This document shows, piece after piece, positions 1-10,774 of a DNA stretch of 35,193 bases. Under the pieces are notes generated by a model that was not told the origin of the DNA, did not search any database, and saw only the letters and a program-made list of their open reading frames with translations. The first letter of the stretch is position 1. Each line of letters starts with the position of its first letter. A program made the translations under genes and the position numbers. This stretch comes from a virus (Duplodnaviria; Heunggongvirae; Uroviricota; Caudoviricetes): the IMG/VR virus record IMGVR_UViG_2737471821_000012, positions 1-35,193 of that record; one strand, written 5' to 3'.

Positions 1-978
1 CCAGTCGTTTATAGTATAGAAGTTCGCCACCACGCCATTGATGAAACGACAATTATGGGTTCTTCCTAGGTGAACATATTGAATTCGGCAAGCATAGTTG
101 GCGATGTTGTTCCCATCAACTGTAACGTGAGAGATAGATGTGCTACGTCTTATAGAGTCAGTTTCGTAGTACATGTTGACAACTGTCTCTCCAGTGAACC
201 CACTCCCCGCAATAATGAATGACTTCTCAACGCCATCCCCGAATAGGTCAACAGTGCCTATTGTTAAATCAACTGGTGACTTAACATAGTAAGTTCCTGC
301 AGGGACAAACAGCCTCTTTCCTGCCGATAAAGCAACTGCTGCAGCAGCATTAAAGCTAGCTGAGTTATCTGCCGCTGGATCACCAGTAATGGAGAAAAAT
401 TGAGCAACAGAAATATAATCTGCTACCGTCACTTCGTACCATGGCAAAGCAGGAGATGACGGAAGAGTGCCACTACCACCGGTGTAGATTTTATTATTAT
501 ACCACCACCAGTTATCAACATTAGATAACACCCCCTCCTGCCACACCCCCCCTAACGAGAAATCAAGACCGTAAGAAGTAGCTATCTGACTTAATGATAA
601 TGTTGCTCCTCTGTCAGAAGCTAATTCTTGCCTTAATTGGTCAGGGTCATACTTCAGCACATTAGGAAAATAGAACTGCTGTGCACCATACGCATCATAA
701 ACAGCCATAGAATGGCCTTGCACAGTTACGAACTTGGCAATCTGTCCGTTATATACCGGATATCCAGCAGCGTTAATGATGATTGGTTGCGAAACAGGAA
801 CGTGAGAGCCGTCTTCATTCTCTACATAAACCTGAATCTGGTTTTCAGGATTTACCGGGTCAGTGTCAATTTTACCGATATAAATTTTGCCATTGGCTAC
901 GGCTTTAAAAGAACGAGCCATAGTGAAGAGTTGCGAAGGCATGCTCACTACAACATTGGCATTTATTGAATCTGTCAT
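1..978 (-). CDS. Tailspike protein, P22 gp9-like N-terminal head-binding domain; 3' end lies beyond the window
   Basis: Reverse-strand ATG at 978 with GGAG upstream; my translation begins [47 protein letters not shown], which closely matches the P22 tailspike N-terminus as I recall it; frame stays open to position 1. Not in the ORF track because the stop is outside the window. Confidence 0.85.
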   Translation of the reverse strand, partial: MTDSINANVVVSMPSQLFTMARSFKAVANGKIYIGKIDTDPVNPENQIQVYVENEDGSHVPVSQPIIINAAGYPVYNGQIAKFVTVQGHSMAVYDAYGAQQFYFPNVLKYDPDQLRQELASDRGATLSLSQIATSYGLDFSLGGVWQEGVLSNVDNWWWYNNKIYTGGSGTLPSSPALPWYEVTVADYISVAQFFSITGDPAADNSASFNAAAAVALSAGKRLFVPAGTYYVKSPVDLTIGTVDLFGDGVEKSFIIAGSGFTGETVVNMYYETDSIRRSTSISHVTVDGNNIANYACRIQYVHLGRTHNCRFINGVVANFYTINDW

Positions 979-1037
979 TTTAATTTGCTCCAGATACAAG
1001 GAATCGCCGCAGCATGGCTACGGTGAATTTTGGGCAT

Positions 1038-1060
1038 AAAAAACCCAGCCGAAGCTGGGT
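1038..1060 (-). terminator. Rho-independent terminator downstream of ant
   Basis: Minus strand reads ACCCAGC-TTCG-GCTGGGT followed by TTTTTT, between the ant stop and the tailspike start. Confidence 0.55.
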
Positions 1061-1078
1061 CGTTGCGTTGGTTATCTG

Positions 1079-1981
1079 TCAGTAGTTATGTACTGAAGGA
1101 GGTAATTCTTTATTCTTAAGTCTCATCCATGCGGAAAGATTCGTTGGTCCGTCTGGCTCATTAATATCAACATCTCGTGTGTGGTTTATTAAAACGTCTC
1201 TCGCCATCCCGATAACATACGAAAACTCATGACCGTAGTCGTAGCATCTGCCGGAATAGTTAGATTGAATTTGTTTTAATGCCGGATACAGTTCGCGGAA
1301 TAATGCCTGTGAGCGGTTGGCATAATCCCATAACCATACAAGGCTGTTTGCTTCTTTTGCAGAAAGCTCGTTGGTTTTCCTCTCTTGTTTACCGATGAAC
1401 TCACCTTCAAGCACTACCCTGTGGATGTACTCTACAGCTTGCGGTATCTGAGATGCATCAAGCTCTTCAATACTTTCCACATTGAAACGCTGATGAATCA
1501 TTGCATAAGCTTCTGGGTACATTAGATGCTTTTTGCTGACTAGCATATTTACAGCATCACGAAGTGGAGTCCTGTCATCAACAGATGTTTTCTTACGTGC
1601 ATTTTCTGCCTTTCCCTTTGTCCAGTAGTCATGCAGCACAGTAAAGCATTCCTCCTGGTACTGAATCAGTTTATCACGGATGTCAGCACGAACTTTCTCA
1701 GGGTTGATGCTGAACAGCCATCCATTTAACTTCTTCAAAGGAAGGCAGAGTAGCTTACGAAGCTTCCCATCAGCGGCAACCATGTTCATATGAACACAGT
1801 TGAATTTGCTAATCTGCTTCATGAGTTTTGTTTGCTGCGTTGACCAGCTCATTCCAAGGTTTTGAACGATTGGCTTCATCGCAACATATGCAACTCCGGC
1901 AGCCATAGCGGTGATAATTTGCTGACCGTTGAATGGTACGTAAGAGGTGTTCACTGCTTCTAAAATTGCTATACTATTCAT
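1079..1981 (-). CDS. ant: Antirepressor Ant (P22 immI type)
   Basis: ORF 1079..2047; likely true start is the internal ATG at 1981 ([21 protein letters not shown]...) preceded by GGAG, giving 300 aa; sits immediately downstream of arc as in P22 immI. Confidence 0.8.
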   Translation of the reverse strand: MNSIAILEAVNTSYVPFNGQQIITAMAAGVAYVAMKPIVQNLGMSWSTQQTKLMKQISKFNCVHMNMVAADGKLRKLLCLPLKKLNGWLFSINPEKVRADIRDKLIQYQEECFTVLHDYWTKGKAENARKKTSVDDRTPLRDAVNMLVSKKHLMYPEAYAMIHQRFNVESIEELDASQIPQAVEYIHRVVLEGEFIGKQERKTNELSAKEANSLVWLWDYANRSQALFRELYPALKQIQSNYSGRCYDYGHEFSYVIGMARDVLINHTRDVDINEPDGPTNLSAWMRLKNKELPPSVHNY

Positions 1982-2049
1982 GTTGGTTTTTCTCCACGGA
2001 TTTACTGACAACCGAAGCCCTGACTGTTCCCGCAGTTGGGGCTTCAACT

Positions 2050-2211
2050 TTACGCGCCAATGCGCCCTTCCTTCTTAAAGCTTTCCATTACTCTCTGATA
2101 AATCTCAGAGTTAACAGACCGACCATTCTCTTCCGCCACCTTGCGGACCAAATCCAATACTTCTTTAGGCCACCGCAAATTGAACTGCGGCATTTTTCTT
2201 GCACCTTGCAT
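2050..2211 (-). CDS. arc: Arc repressor (ribbon-helix-helix), 53 aa
   Basis: Hand translation of the minus strand gives [53 protein letters not shown], nearly identical to P22 Arc as I recall it; below the 60-aa cutoff of the ORF track. Confidence 0.85.
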   Translation of the reverse strand: MQGARKMPQFNLRWPKEVLDLVRKVAEENGRSVNSEIYQRVMESFKKEGRIGA

Positions 2212-2304
2212 ATTCAACTCCACTTCATTAAATGGTATTACCGTACTACTATTGAAAGCGTACTACTACCGTTCTACCATGTCAATAAATAAAAGGAGAA
2301 TGAC
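2212..2304. promoter_or_regulatory. Divergent arc/ant and mnt promoter-operator region
   Basis: 93-bp gap between divergent arc and mnt; contains two near-identical copies of GTACTACTA(T/C) at 2243-2252 and 2261-2270. Operator assignment is inferred from position only. Confidence 0.4.
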
Positions 2305-2547
2305 GTGGCTAGAAATGATCCGCAATTCAACGTAAGAATGCCAGATGAGATAAAACAGCAACTTACGCATATTGCTGCAACAAATCGCCGCTCGATAAAT
2401 GCAGAGATTATTTCAGCTATCGAACTGTGGATAAAAATTCATAAAGAGCAGCTAATACCTTCAAGTAGTCGAATCCTGACAAAGTCAGAGCAAGAAGCGC
2501 TTGATGTAGCTATCGATGTGTTAAAACGTGTGAGAGATGAGGGATAA
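2305..2547 (+). CDS. mnt: Mnt repressor (ribbon-helix-helix)
   Basis: GTG start at 2305 with AAGGAG 7 nt upstream; N-terminus MARNDPQFNVRMPDEIKQQLTHIAATNRRSINAEI resembles P22 Mnt; divergent from arc. Confidence 0.8.
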   Translation: MARNDPQFNVRMPDEIKQQLTHIAATNRRSINAEIISAIELWIKIHKEQLIPSSSRILTKSEQEALDVAIDVLKRVRDEG

Positions 2548-2549
2548 CC

Positions 2550-2795
2550 ATGGAGCAACAACAAGGGTCGCCATTATCATTGATAATTATGGTGATTTTT
2601 TTCGTTTTCATCTTTTTTATACCTGCTTTAAAAATATCCAAGAAAGCTGGTTTTGACTGGAAGATGGCGGTATGTTTAACAATCCCTGGATTCAACGTGG
2701 TTGCGTGGCTAGCACTTGCGTTCATGGATTGGCCAATTCATAAGTATCTACCAAAAGACATGAATGGGATCATGAGCAAAACTAAGGAGAGTTAA
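2550..2795 (+). CDS. Small membrane protein (two predicted TM helices), unknown function
   Basis: 81-aa ORF starting 3 nt after the mnt stop; two hydrophobic stretches (LSLIIMVIFFVFIFFIPAL and VVAWLALAFMDW); locally AT-rich. Confidence 0.6.
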   Translation: MEQQQGSPLSLIIMVIFFVFIFFIPALKISKKAGFDWKMAVCLTIPGFNVVAWLALAFMDWPIHKYLPKDMNGIMSKTKES

Positions 2796-2799
2796 CCAT

Positions 2800-3285
2800 A
2801 TGAAAAAATCACTGTTAATTATCCCGCTTCTGCTGGCTGGATGCGCAAAAGTAAGTGACTACCAAGCAAGTTGCGAACAACGCTATCAAAAGCTTAGCGA
2901 TATGGCTAATTGCCTTGATGCCAGCGTGAAGAACGACTCACGCATGGCATCAGCACCAACACCTAAGCTGTATGTCCTTGCTGCGAAGATGCTCGGACAA
3001 GGTGTCGATGAAGGAAAGATAAGTGACGCGCAGGCAAGACTTGAGCTTCAGAATCTTTATGTTCAATTACAAAGCCAAGAACAAGCCCAACAAATAGCGC
3101 AAAGCCAAGCATTCCAGCAGGCTTTATTGAATTATCAGGCTGTAAACACAATGCAAGCGATCGAGCAAAAAGCGAGGCAGCCTGTTATAACTCAACCTTA
3201 CCCAACGCGTGTTGACACCTATACAAACTGCAATTCAGGATTTGGAAATACCGTCACATGCAACAGTAGCAGCAACATTAGATAA
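2800..3285 (+). CDS. Predicted lipoprotein with Gln-rich helical region, unknown function
   Basis: 161 aa; N-terminus MKKSLLIIPLLLAGC has a lipobox (LAGC), with Ala after the lipidated Cys; Q-rich stretch QLQSQEQAQQIAQSQAFQQALL; four further Cys; tightly spaced after the 81-aa ORF. Confidence 0.65.
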   Translation: MKKSLLIIPLLLAGCAKVSDYQASCEQRYQKLSDMANCLDASVKNDSRMASAPTPKLYVLAAKMLGQGVDEGKISDAQARLELQNLYVQLQSQEQAQQIAQSQAFQQALLNYQAVNTMQAIEQKARQPVITQPYPTRVDTYTNCNSGFGNTVTCNSSSNIR

Positions 3286-3287
3286 AG

Positions 3288-5402
3288 CTATTCATATTCA
3301 TTCATACCGCTTAACGAGGCGACAATACCAGCTCTCGACAAGCGATTGAATTCATCGCTACCAATAGCATCGCGTATTGCTTTTACGGCGGCCTTATTTG
3401 CCATAAATCTGCGTTCCGCCGCCGCTAATGCTTCTTTGCTTCCGCCTGCTCTTACTGCTTTGGTGGCTTCCTGAACAGCTTTCTCTATCGCATATCGACC
3501 ACTACGTGTGGTGGCAATTTTAGATACAGCGCCTTTTAACCCAGCGCCAACTAAAGCACCCGCGGCAGCGCCTGCAATGCCCCCTCCAGCGCCACCAACA
3601 ATGGCACCTGATGTTGAGTTGGCAATTGCATTTAACACCGTTGATGTGACGTTGGATAAACCAGCATCCAGATCGCGTAGTACATTGGCAGTTCTCCCTG
3701 TTCTTTCAATATACTGCTGAGGTTTCACTGCCGCTCTTGCAAGAGTGCCATATGCATCAGCAATTCTTCCAAGTTCTGAGGAATATCTGCTAATGGCTTT
3801 TACATTTTGTGGGGTAAGTATCCCTGCGATATGGTTAATTCCTGCTGCATCAGATTTGCCACCACGTACACCATGCGAGATAGCATCCTGCAACATTGAT
3901 GATATAGCAGGAACACGCTCTGATTCTGGCAGCGCGCGGATCATAGAATGGAATCCAGCAGGACCATTAAGACCTTTAGCTGACGATGCTTGAAGAGATT
4001 TTACTCCATTCGTAATCAGTGCATCTGTTGCCAAATCACGCCCAAAAACAGACTCTGCACTCTCTTGTGCGGATAGCCTCGCTTTAGACAGATCATTAGC
4101 TTTTTGCCAGTCATCAAAAAATCCGCCGTTTTCCGCCATTGTGCGCATATCATCAGTAATTGCCCGACGTATTTCCCCTGCTCTCCTTGCCGCATTTGCC
4201 TCTCCACTACGCTTATATTTTTGCTCCGCATCAGCAAATTTCGCTCTCCATGCTTTCATGCCATCAAATGTTACTCCACCTTGATTGTTTGCCTGAACAA
4301 ACTGTTTCATTTCAGGAGTAAGCGGTATGCCAGCAGATCGCTCTGCCTGAATAACGGCATTACCATTTAGCATTCTTGCTTTTTGATTTGGCATTGTTGA
4401 CCGCACGTCATCCCATGCCGCGCGCTCAGCATCCTTCATCTGATCAAGATTTTGAAGAATCCTTTGTTTTATAGCCGCACTTTTTTCTGATGCCGTTCCA
4501 GATGCGGCCCCAAATTCATCAAGGTTTCGACTTAACTTTGATGATATTTCGTTAAATGCTGCCTGATGGGCATCCTGAACAATCCCTGGTGTTGATGCCA
4601 ATGCGCCTTCGGCTTGTGCAATTCCACGACTTCCAGATCGCATTCCTGGTGTTAATGCGTTTATATCAATTCCAGCAGACTCAGCCGCTTTTGCTACATC
4701 TTCGGACACATTAGCGGCCTGACTGGCAATTGACTGACGCCCAGCACCTGACTTTGCCATCTTGGAAACATCATTAGCAGAATTCAGTGCTGCACCACCA
4801 AGAGCCTGTGAAACCCTTGGCGCAATAACGCGCCCGACACCTGAAAGAACGCCTTGAGCACCAATATTGATACCACCGTTAATGGCAGCATTTTGTGCAA
4901 AATCACCCTCCTGATTTGCAGCATCAGCAAGAGAACCGGCAATCATGTTTCCTGCGGAACCGATGTCTCCTGCGAGCTTTGCTGGCGCTCCAGCAGCTTT
5001 TGCTGCTGTGCCAATTGGCAGGAGATACCCACCAATTGTTTCACCGGCTTGCGCATAAGGGTCTGTCGGTCGATCGACTGGACGATAGACATCATCCAAA
5101 ACCTTGGGGCCACCAAGCCCCTGGCTGATTGCATTAATCAGACTTGCGCCACCCTGCAATACGTCAAATGGTATGTTTACCAGACCACGGCCAGCCTGTT
5201 CTGCAATTTGCCCTGCGCTTTGACCACCAGTGAGCCAGTCAGTGGCTTTTCCTACCAGAGATTGTTCTTCTGGCTGCGATTGGTTTTGAGTGGATTGATC
5301 ACCAGAAGACAGCATCTGAGCAATGCGACGTGCTCCCTCAGTATCGCCGGCAGCATCAGCATTCCTTAACGCCGTCATCAACTGTTCGCGACTATAGGCC
5401 AT
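3288..5402 (-). CDS. DNA ejection/injection protein, P22 gp16-like
   Basis: 704-aa Gly/Ala-rich protein, last of three consecutive ejection-protein-like ORFs after the tail needle gene; assigned by position and composition. Confidence 0.65.
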   Translation of the reverse strand: MAYSREQLMTALRNADAAGDTEGARRIAQMLSSGDQSTQNQSQPEEQSLVGKATDWLTGGQSAGQIAEQAGRGLVNIPFDVLQGGASLINAISQGLGGPKVLDDVYRPVDRPTDPYAQAGETIGGYLLPIGTAAKAAGAPAKLAGDIGSAGNMIAGSLADAANQEGDFAQNAAINGGINIGAQGVLSGVGRVIAPRVSQALGGAALNSANDVSKMAKSGAGRQSIASQAANVSEDVAKAAESAGIDINALTPGMRSGSRGIAQAEGALASTPGIVQDAHQAAFNEISSKLSRNLDEFGAASGTASEKSAAIKQRILQNLDQMKDAERAAWDDVRSTMPNQKARMLNGNAVIQAERSAGIPLTPEMKQFVQANNQGGVTFDGMKAWRAKFADAEQKYKRSGEANAARRAGEIRRAITDDMRTMAENGGFFDDWQKANDLSKARLSAQESAESVFGRDLATDALITNGVKSLQASSAKGLNGPAGFHSMIRALPESERVPAISSMLQDAISHGVRGGKSDAAGINHIAGILTPQNVKAISRYSSELGRIADAYGTLARAAVKPQQYIERTGRTANVLRDLDAGLSNVTSTVLNAIANSTSGAIVGGAGGGIAGAAAGALVGAGLKGAVSKIATTRSGRYAIEKAVQEATKAVRAGGSKEALAAAERRFMANKAAVKAIRDAIGSDEFNRLSRAGIVASLSGMNEYE

Positions 5403-6667
5403 TACTGCCCTCCGAGATATTTATTAATCAGGTCATCATCAGAAAGCTGCTGTTGAGACGGTTGTATGTCCTTCCCGTATTTCTGTTGCATACGTTTCTG
5501 AGCCATCTCAGTGGTTTTTATGATTGTTTTGATAGCTGCTCTGGCTGATTTTTCAGACTGATTTGGGGACAAACTACCAATAGCATCCATTACCTTTTGC
5601 CCCTCGGCATTACTTAAAGCCCCCATCCCTTTCATCTGCTGAATGCCAGATAAGAATCCCTGAGATTTCAGTGTGTCAACCAGAGTTTCTGTATCAGCAG
5701 CCTCTGTTCCTGGAATGAATCTACTCGATAGTGGGTTTAGGTTTGTTCCGAAATATCCAGTGAATCCTGGGCTATTAAGAACTTTTGTAGCCGTCTCTAT
5801 CGTTCTGGAGAGATTATCCATTCCAGAGTTGTACGCATCGGCCTTATCTCGCTTTGCCTGCTCCATAGCTTGCTGATTCTGCAATCTCTTGTCCTGCAAT
5901 TCAGCAAGTTTTAAGGCATTAGTTTCATTTGCGATGAGTCTGTCGTATTTCTTGTCCTCTAATTCCATCCGACGAAGATTGACATTTTGTTGCGCAATAT
6001 TGTTGCTTGCCCACCCTCTGGCATTTGTCATGTCATTATTACGGATTGTTTCGTTAATTCTTTGCTGATCCTGCTGGCGGCCAACCATCTTGTCCTGAAC
6101 ATTGAAGTAATCAATCGGGCCAAGAGCAGCCATTCCGAGGTGATCAACAAACTCACCAAATCCTGAAGGATTCTGCTGATACATCTGAGCAACGTTGTTA
6201 GGGTCAACGCCGACGCGCGCCAGTTCCTTGGCGTTGTTTTGCAGCCATGATTGCATTGCTTCTGGAGACGAGGCCGCAAGGCGTGCGCCAGCTGCTAAGG
6301 TGCCGATAGAATTACGCTGCTCTTCATCAATGAATCCCATGCCTTTACGAACGGATTCAATCTGGTCTGGATATTGAGTAGCCAACTGACGCAAAGCACC
6401 GCGATCACCAGACGCATAAGCATTAGCGTATGCCTGCTGAAATTCTTTCTGCCGCTGAGCCTGCTTTTCCTGCTGAACCCCCCCCGCAATACCTGAAAGG
6501 CCTTGCAAAGCAGTCAGCCCAACATTGTTAGCGCCTGAACGCTCAATATCATTGTTCTGCCTGATAAGCTGAAGCGTATTGCCGATGTCATTTACGCTCG
6601 GAGCGTTTGAGTTGACGCCGCCGATACCAGCCAACAATCCGCCGTTTGTTCCTTGCCAAGTAGCCAT
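5402..6667 (-). CDS. DNA ejection/injection protein, P22 gp20-like
   Basis: 421-aa ORF between the gp7-like and gp16-like genes; order matches P22 7-20-16. Confidence 0.65.
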   Translation of the reverse strand: MATWQGTNGGLLAGIGGVNSNAPSVNDIGNTLQLIRQNNDIERSGANNVGLTALQGLSGIAGGVQQEKQAQRQKEFQQAYANAYASGDRGALRQLATQYPDQIESVRKGMGFIDEEQRNSIGTLAAGARLAASSPEAMQSWLQNNAKELARVGVDPNNVAQMYQQNPSGFGEFVDHLGMAALGPIDYFNVQDKMVGRQQDQQRINETIRNNDMTNARGWASNNIAQQNVNLRRMELEDKKYDRLIANETNALKLAELQDKRLQNQQAMEQAKRDKADAYNSGMDNLSRTIETATKVLNSPGFTGYFGTNLNPLSSRFIPGTEAADTETLVDTLKSQGFLSGIQQMKGMGALSNAEGQKVMDAIGSLSPNQSEKSARAAIKTIIKTTEMAQKRMQQKYGKDIQPSQQQLSDDDLINKYLGGQ

Positions 6668-6676
6668 GATTACCCC

Positions 6677-7369
6677 TTAAAACAACGAGCCAAGCAATCC
6701 GATACCAGCACCAATGCCAGCGCCCCAAGGCGTTGATGTTTCCAAAAGGCTGGCAAGACCTGCACCGGCAATCGCACCAGACGTGCCACCGCTAATTGCA
6801 GTCTGAAGACTTGATGGTTTATTGGCATTAGCAGCGGCAAGTGCTGCGCTTTGCTGTGCAATGCTGCTCATGTTGTTGGCGTACGTCTGCCCGGCGTTTG
6901 CCTGACCTTGCAGCGCACCAAGCCCAACGTTTGCCAGATTGTTGTAATTGCTCATCTGGTTTGATAACCAAGACTGACCGAGTGTAGGCGCGATCGTAGC
7001 CAGTTGATTGCTTGTGGCTGTCGAACCAAGTCCACCCGTCGCCTCCGCAGCAGCAAGACTCTGGTAACGCGCCTGACCTGCAAGGTCTTTATACTGCTGA
7101 GAGTTGTAATACTGATTAAGTGCCTGCCCCTGACCTTCTAAACTGGAAAGATTCTGCAACTGGTTAACATACTGCTCCGCAAGAGGCGTGAACGGAGCAA
7201 GGTTTTTCATGATCGTCTGCCACTGCTGATTTTGCAGGTCTGCTGCATACTTCTGAGCTTCTGCGGCATACTTTGCGCTTTTATCAGAACTGCCACCTTT
7301 CCCACCCTTTTCAGGGCAATAAGGTTCCTCGCCGCGCAGTTTTCTGCCCAGCTTAAATGCATATAACAT
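6677..7369 (-). CDS. DNA ejection/injection protein, P22 gp7-like
   Basis: 230 aa (P22 gp7 is about 229 aa); Gln/Asn/Ala-rich with a Gly-rich hydrophobic C-terminus; correct position in the P22 order. Confidence 0.65.
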   Translation of the reverse strand: MLYAFKLGRKLRGEEPYCPEKGGKGGSSDKSAKYAAEAQKYAADLQNQQWQTIMKNLAPFTPLAEQYVNQLQNLSSLEGQGQALNQYYNSQQYKDLAGQARYQSLAAAEATGGLGSTATSNQLATIAPTLGQSWLSNQMSNYNNLANVGLGALQGQANAGQTYANNMSSIAQQSAALAAANANKPSSLQTAISGGTSGAIAGAGLASLLETSTPWGAGIGAGIGLLGSLF

Positions 7370-7371
7370 GG

Positions 7372-7827
7372 CTATCTCCCGTGATTCAGGAAGTCGATTA
7401 GTTCTTCGCGTGTGGCGCTGTAAAAAGTCACGTCATCCACGCCTTTAAAGTATTTCTTGATGGTTCCTACACGATTAAGGCCAATCATTGCGCAGTAAAT
7501 CTGCCCGTGGCGGAATTTGCGTGCGGCGAACGATGTGACGCACTGAACGGTGGTGTTAGTCAGAATGTATCGCCAGAACGCCAGCCCGATTTCCTTGCTG
7601 AAGCCACGAACCTCTGGCAGGTACATGGCGTGGCAATCGAATGTCAGCGGCTGAATCTCCTGATAGTAAACAATGCCGCCAAACTGACCGTACACGTTAA
7701 CCTCAAAGTAACGGCATTCAGGCTTGTAGTCGTATCCATCACCGTTGTTGCTTCCGGCAATAATGTCAGGGTGATTTCCGACTGCTTCGATCAGGTCGAT
7801 GTTTCGCGTTGGTTTGAACTGAATCAT
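7372..7827 (-). CDS. Virion-associated protein in the P22 gp14 position, function unknown
   Basis: 151-aa ORF between the tail needle and gp7-like genes, packed tightly against both neighbours; assignment by position only. Confidence 0.45.
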   Translation of the reverse strand: MIQFKPTRNIDLIEAVGNHPDIIAGSNNGDGYDYKPECRYFEVNVYGQFGGIVYYQEIQPLTFDCHAMYLPEVRGFSKEIGLAFWRYILTNTTVQCVTSFAARKFRHGQIYCAMIGLNRVGTIKKYFKGVDDVTFYSATREELIDFLNHGR

Positions 7828-8675
7828 TACTGCTCCGCAATGATTTTGATGGTTGTGGCAGTAAACTCCGCCCCATTTGACTGAATAGTTAACGTACTGC
7901 CATTTGTGGCAAGAAAGCCGTCTTTATCCACGCTGAAGAACGTAGCTAACAGGATGTTGTCGGTTGTTGTCGCCGCATTACGACTGCTGACCAGTGTGTC
8001 AGGAACAGAGCCGGAAAAGGTTAGCTGCATTGACCTGTTTGCGGTTCCGCTGGGCCACGTCCCGACAATCGACAGCTTGAAGAACAGGGTTTTGTTCTCG
8101 TTGAACACAACCATCTTGTTGTTAACGGTGTCGAAGAATGGTGCCAACGAGCCGGATGACGGCGTGAGCGTTTTCAGCAGGCTAACAAGGTTGGTCGGCG
8201 CTGTCGGGATGGTTACTGATACGCCAGAGTAAACAACCTCTGACTTCTTGCGTGTGGTTGCATACTCCAGAGCATCAATGCGCGTTTCATGGTCTGAAAC
8301 CTGCGACTCCAGCGACTGAAGTCTGGTATCAAGCGACGCAATATCGCTTTCATTCTGAGTGATTCGTGTTTCATGTTCCTGAAGAGTTGATTCTGCCTGA
8401 CTGATTCGCTCCTCATGATTAACAAGCGTTGCTTCCGCAGCAGAAATTCGCTGCTCATGGTCAGCGAGAATCACATCCTGCTCATCGTTCCTGACTTGTG
8501 CGTCATAAGCGCCCTGTCCGGCCTCGTTGGCCTTGTTCGCCACGTTACCAACATCAGTACCCTGTGCGATAACGTACAGCAGATATGACTGCGAGAAGAT
8601 ATTGCGTGGAAGAACTGATGTATCGAGCCGCGTAGCCTGGACGATTACCGGCACATTGAGATTCGAATCAGCCAT
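7827..8675 (-). CDS. Tail needle protein (P22 gp26-like N-terminus with a C-terminal knob, Sf6 type)
   Basis: 282 aa; N-terminus [43 protein letters not shown] matches the P22 gp26 N-terminus as recalled; heptad-like middle; length matches the Sf6 needle. Confidence 0.8.
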   Translation of the reverse strand: MADSNLNVPVIVQATRLDTSVLPRNIFSQSYLLYVIAQGTDVGNVANKANEAGQGAYDAQVRNDEQDVILADHEQRISAAEATLVNHEERISQAESTLQEHETRITQNESDIASLDTRLQSLESQVSDHETRIDALEYATTRKKSEVVYSGVSVTIPTAPTNLVSLLKTLTPSSGSLAPFFDTVNNKMVVFNENKTLFFKLSIVGTWPSGTANRSMQLTFSGSVPDTLVSSRNAATTTDNILLATFFSVDKDGFLATNGSTLTIQSNGAEFTATTIKIIAEQ

Positions 8676-10093
8676 TACTCAATCCTTATCTGGCAGCCAG
8701 AAAGAGTGACAGGTGACTTCGTGATAACGCGCAATTTGAAGCCAACATTTTTCCTGATGCGCCCTACTCGCTTCCACAAAACACGTTTGTCGTAAACGAA
8801 CGGTTCATTCTGCTCAATCATCTGCTCACGCCCGTAATTGATGCCGTCAGTGGTTGCAGAGAGGAACAGGCGGTCAGCGTACTGAGCTACGCCAGTGGAT
8901 GATTCCACCTCCAGATCGAAGCATCTGGCGTTATCCGCTTTGAACAACGGAGTAAACAGAAGGTGTTCCTGTTGCTTGTCGTACTGGCTGCTGATATCGA
9001 ATTGCAATTTCCCGGTCACGGACTCCAGCTTATCGCCGCACGTTATTTGATTGCCTTCGTAAATGAAGTCGATAGCGCGGTACACATCGTCATACAGGCC
9101 TGTTTTCAGTACACACCATTGCGGACCATTGGCACTTGAAGATGCGTCGTATACGAGGACATGGCGCGGAAGATGGATAATCAGCAACTCATGCGCATCA
9201 AATCGCAGCGATTCCATCACGCCATCAGCCAGTTCATCAGCAGTGTAGGAGCGGAGGATTTTCTCAATGCTCGCGCTGGCGATTGGTGACACCTGCCCGG
9301 AGCCGATGATATACACAGACGGCGCACCTGTTGCCGGATTGCTGATGAATGCATAGGAATCAGCAAACGGCGTTTTGCAGTAAGTTCCGGCGATGCCTTT
9401 TTGCACCATCAGCGATGGCTGTGCGACATACAAAGCAGCACCAACGGTGGTTGCGCCAGTCAGGGAGAAATATTCAATCGTCGATGAACCAAAGCAGACG
9501 ATGAAGTCTCGCCATGTTCCGATGCCGATGATGCCGTCAGGCTGCGATTCTGCGCGATATTGTGCGCTGTATCGGTCAGGATGTGATTCGTCTTCAAGGT
9601 CAGTGATAAACCATGAATCAGTGCCGTCTTTTGACCACGCATAACGCCCACGTAAACGCGTAATGTCGCGAACCGAACCTAAATCATACTGAGTGAATCC
9701 GCTGTCTGTAGGCCAGTTTGAGACTGTTTTAACCGTGCCATCATAGCGATACTCGACCAGTTGACCATTAACGCCTACCGCCTGAGATGTTCGACCATGC
9801 GCCATTGATACGCGACCACTTCCGGCAACATCACCGACCTCGCTTTCTCCTTTGTACAGCTTGCCGCCACACACACGATAGACAGCATTCTGCGCCATGT
9901 TGTACTCGACGCCGCGCGATACACCGTTCACATCAGAGCGTTTGGCAATGCCCGGGAATGAGCGAAGATATCCGCTGCTGTTCAGGATTTCTTTGGGGGT
10001 TGCCAACATATTCACTGGCAGATAGTCGATATAGTCGGCGTTTCGAAAGTCTTTGCCGACACCTTTCATAAGCGGAAGTTGCTGAATCGGCAT
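8675..10093 (-). CDS. Tail hub / tail accessory protein, P22 gp10-like
   Basis: 472 aa, the same length as P22 gp10, located between the gp4-like and needle genes. Confidence 0.75.
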   Translation of the reverse strand: MPIQQLPLMKGVGKDFRNADYIDYLPVNMLATPKEILNSSGYLRSFPGIAKRSDVNGVSRGVEYNMAQNAVYRVCGGKLYKGESEVGDVAGSGRVSMAHGRTSQAVGVNGQLVEYRYDGTVKTVSNWPTDSGFTQYDLGSVRDITRLRGRYAWSKDGTDSWFITDLEDESHPDRYSAQYRAESQPDGIIGIGTWRDFIVCFGSSTIEYFSLTGATTVGAALYVAQPSLMVQKGIAGTYCKTPFADSYAFISNPATGAPSVYIIGSGQVSPIASASIEKILRSYTADELADGVMESLRFDAHELLIIHLPRHVLVYDASSSANGPQWCVLKTGLYDDVYRAIDFIYEGNQITCGDKLESVTGKLQFDISSQYDKQQEHLLFTPLFKADNARCFDLEVESSTGVAQYADRLFLSATTDGINYGREQMIEQNEPFVYDKRVLWKRVGRIRKNVGFKLRVITKSPVTLSGCQIRIE

Positions 10094-10102
10094 TTATTCA
10101 CC

Positions 10103-10564
10103 TCACGTACTCGGATCATCTTTCTCGATGTAAAACCGATTCCACGTAAACGTGCTTTTGTTACCACTACCGCGAGGCATGTCATTTCTCCGCTCAAGTG
10201 GTGGTATTTTGGTTAAAGCGATACAGATTGTCTGATATGCACTGTCAGCAGCGGTAAGGAGAGCGTCTGACGGCTGAATGACGTTATCCATGCACACTTG
10301 CACAGCGAGTTTCAAAGCGACGCCATCATTTGCCCATGCAGGGATACCTGAATCATCGTCAGGTAACGGCATGATGCCGTTTTCTGTATCAGCAAACTGA
10401 TACCCAAGCTCGATACCTTTTGCCTGCCATGCTGCCATCATGTCTTCGAGGTCATTAATGGCATCTTCAATTGCCTGAGGGTCAGCATCTGTCAACGTGG
10501 CATTGGAATACAGCCCGGCTTTTCGTAAAGCCTTAAGAACGAGATCACCCTTCGTTTTCGCCAT
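10103..10564 (-). CDS. Head-to-tail adaptor, P22 gp4-like
   Basis: 153-aa ORF downstream of the coat gene and upstream of the gp10-like gene, as in P22. Confidence 0.7.
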   Translation of the reverse strand: MAKTKGDLVLKALRKAGLYSNATLTDADPQAIEDAINDLEDMMAAWQAKGIELGYQFADTENGIMPLPDDDSGIPAWANDGVALKLAVQVCMDNVIQPSDALLTAADSAYQTICIALTKIPPLERRNDMPRGSGNKSTFTWNRFYIEKDDPST

Positions 10565-10733
10565 CTTCTTCCGCCTTAGCCACTTTTTGCTTCGTTGCGG
10601 TTTCTTCAGGAGTTTTTACCCAGCCTTTTTTCAGGTGAGATTTAACTTCTTCGTCATCAACAATGATGTAATCGACAGCAAACTGACCACAGGTGATCAT
10701 GTTGCCCGGCTTATAGAGCATTGTTCGTGCCAT
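10545..10733 (-). CDS. Small hypothetical protein between coat and gp4-like genes
   Basis: ORF 10545..10769; probable start at the internal ATG at 10733 (MARTMLYKPG...) preceded by GGGAGAAG; 62 aa; overlaps the gp4-like start by 20 nt. Confidence 0.4.
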   Translation of the reverse strand: MARTMLYKPGNMITCGQFAVDYIIVDDEEVKSHLKKGWVKTPEETATKQKVAKAEEDGENEG

Positions 10734-10774
10734 TGTCTTCTCCCAATAAAAATGGGGCCGAAGCCCCACCTAAA

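Noticed and set aside
637-969. Plus-strand 110-aa ORF
   Set aside because: Lies antisense within the tailspike coding region; the translation has no protein-like features.
3508-5369. Several plus-strand ORFs (3508..3720, 3745..3993, 4104..4370, 4854..5369, 4895..5128)
   Set aside because: All are antisense to the long gp16-like gene and Pro/Ala/Cys-rich in a way typical of reverse-frame artefacts of a Gly/Ala-rich gene.
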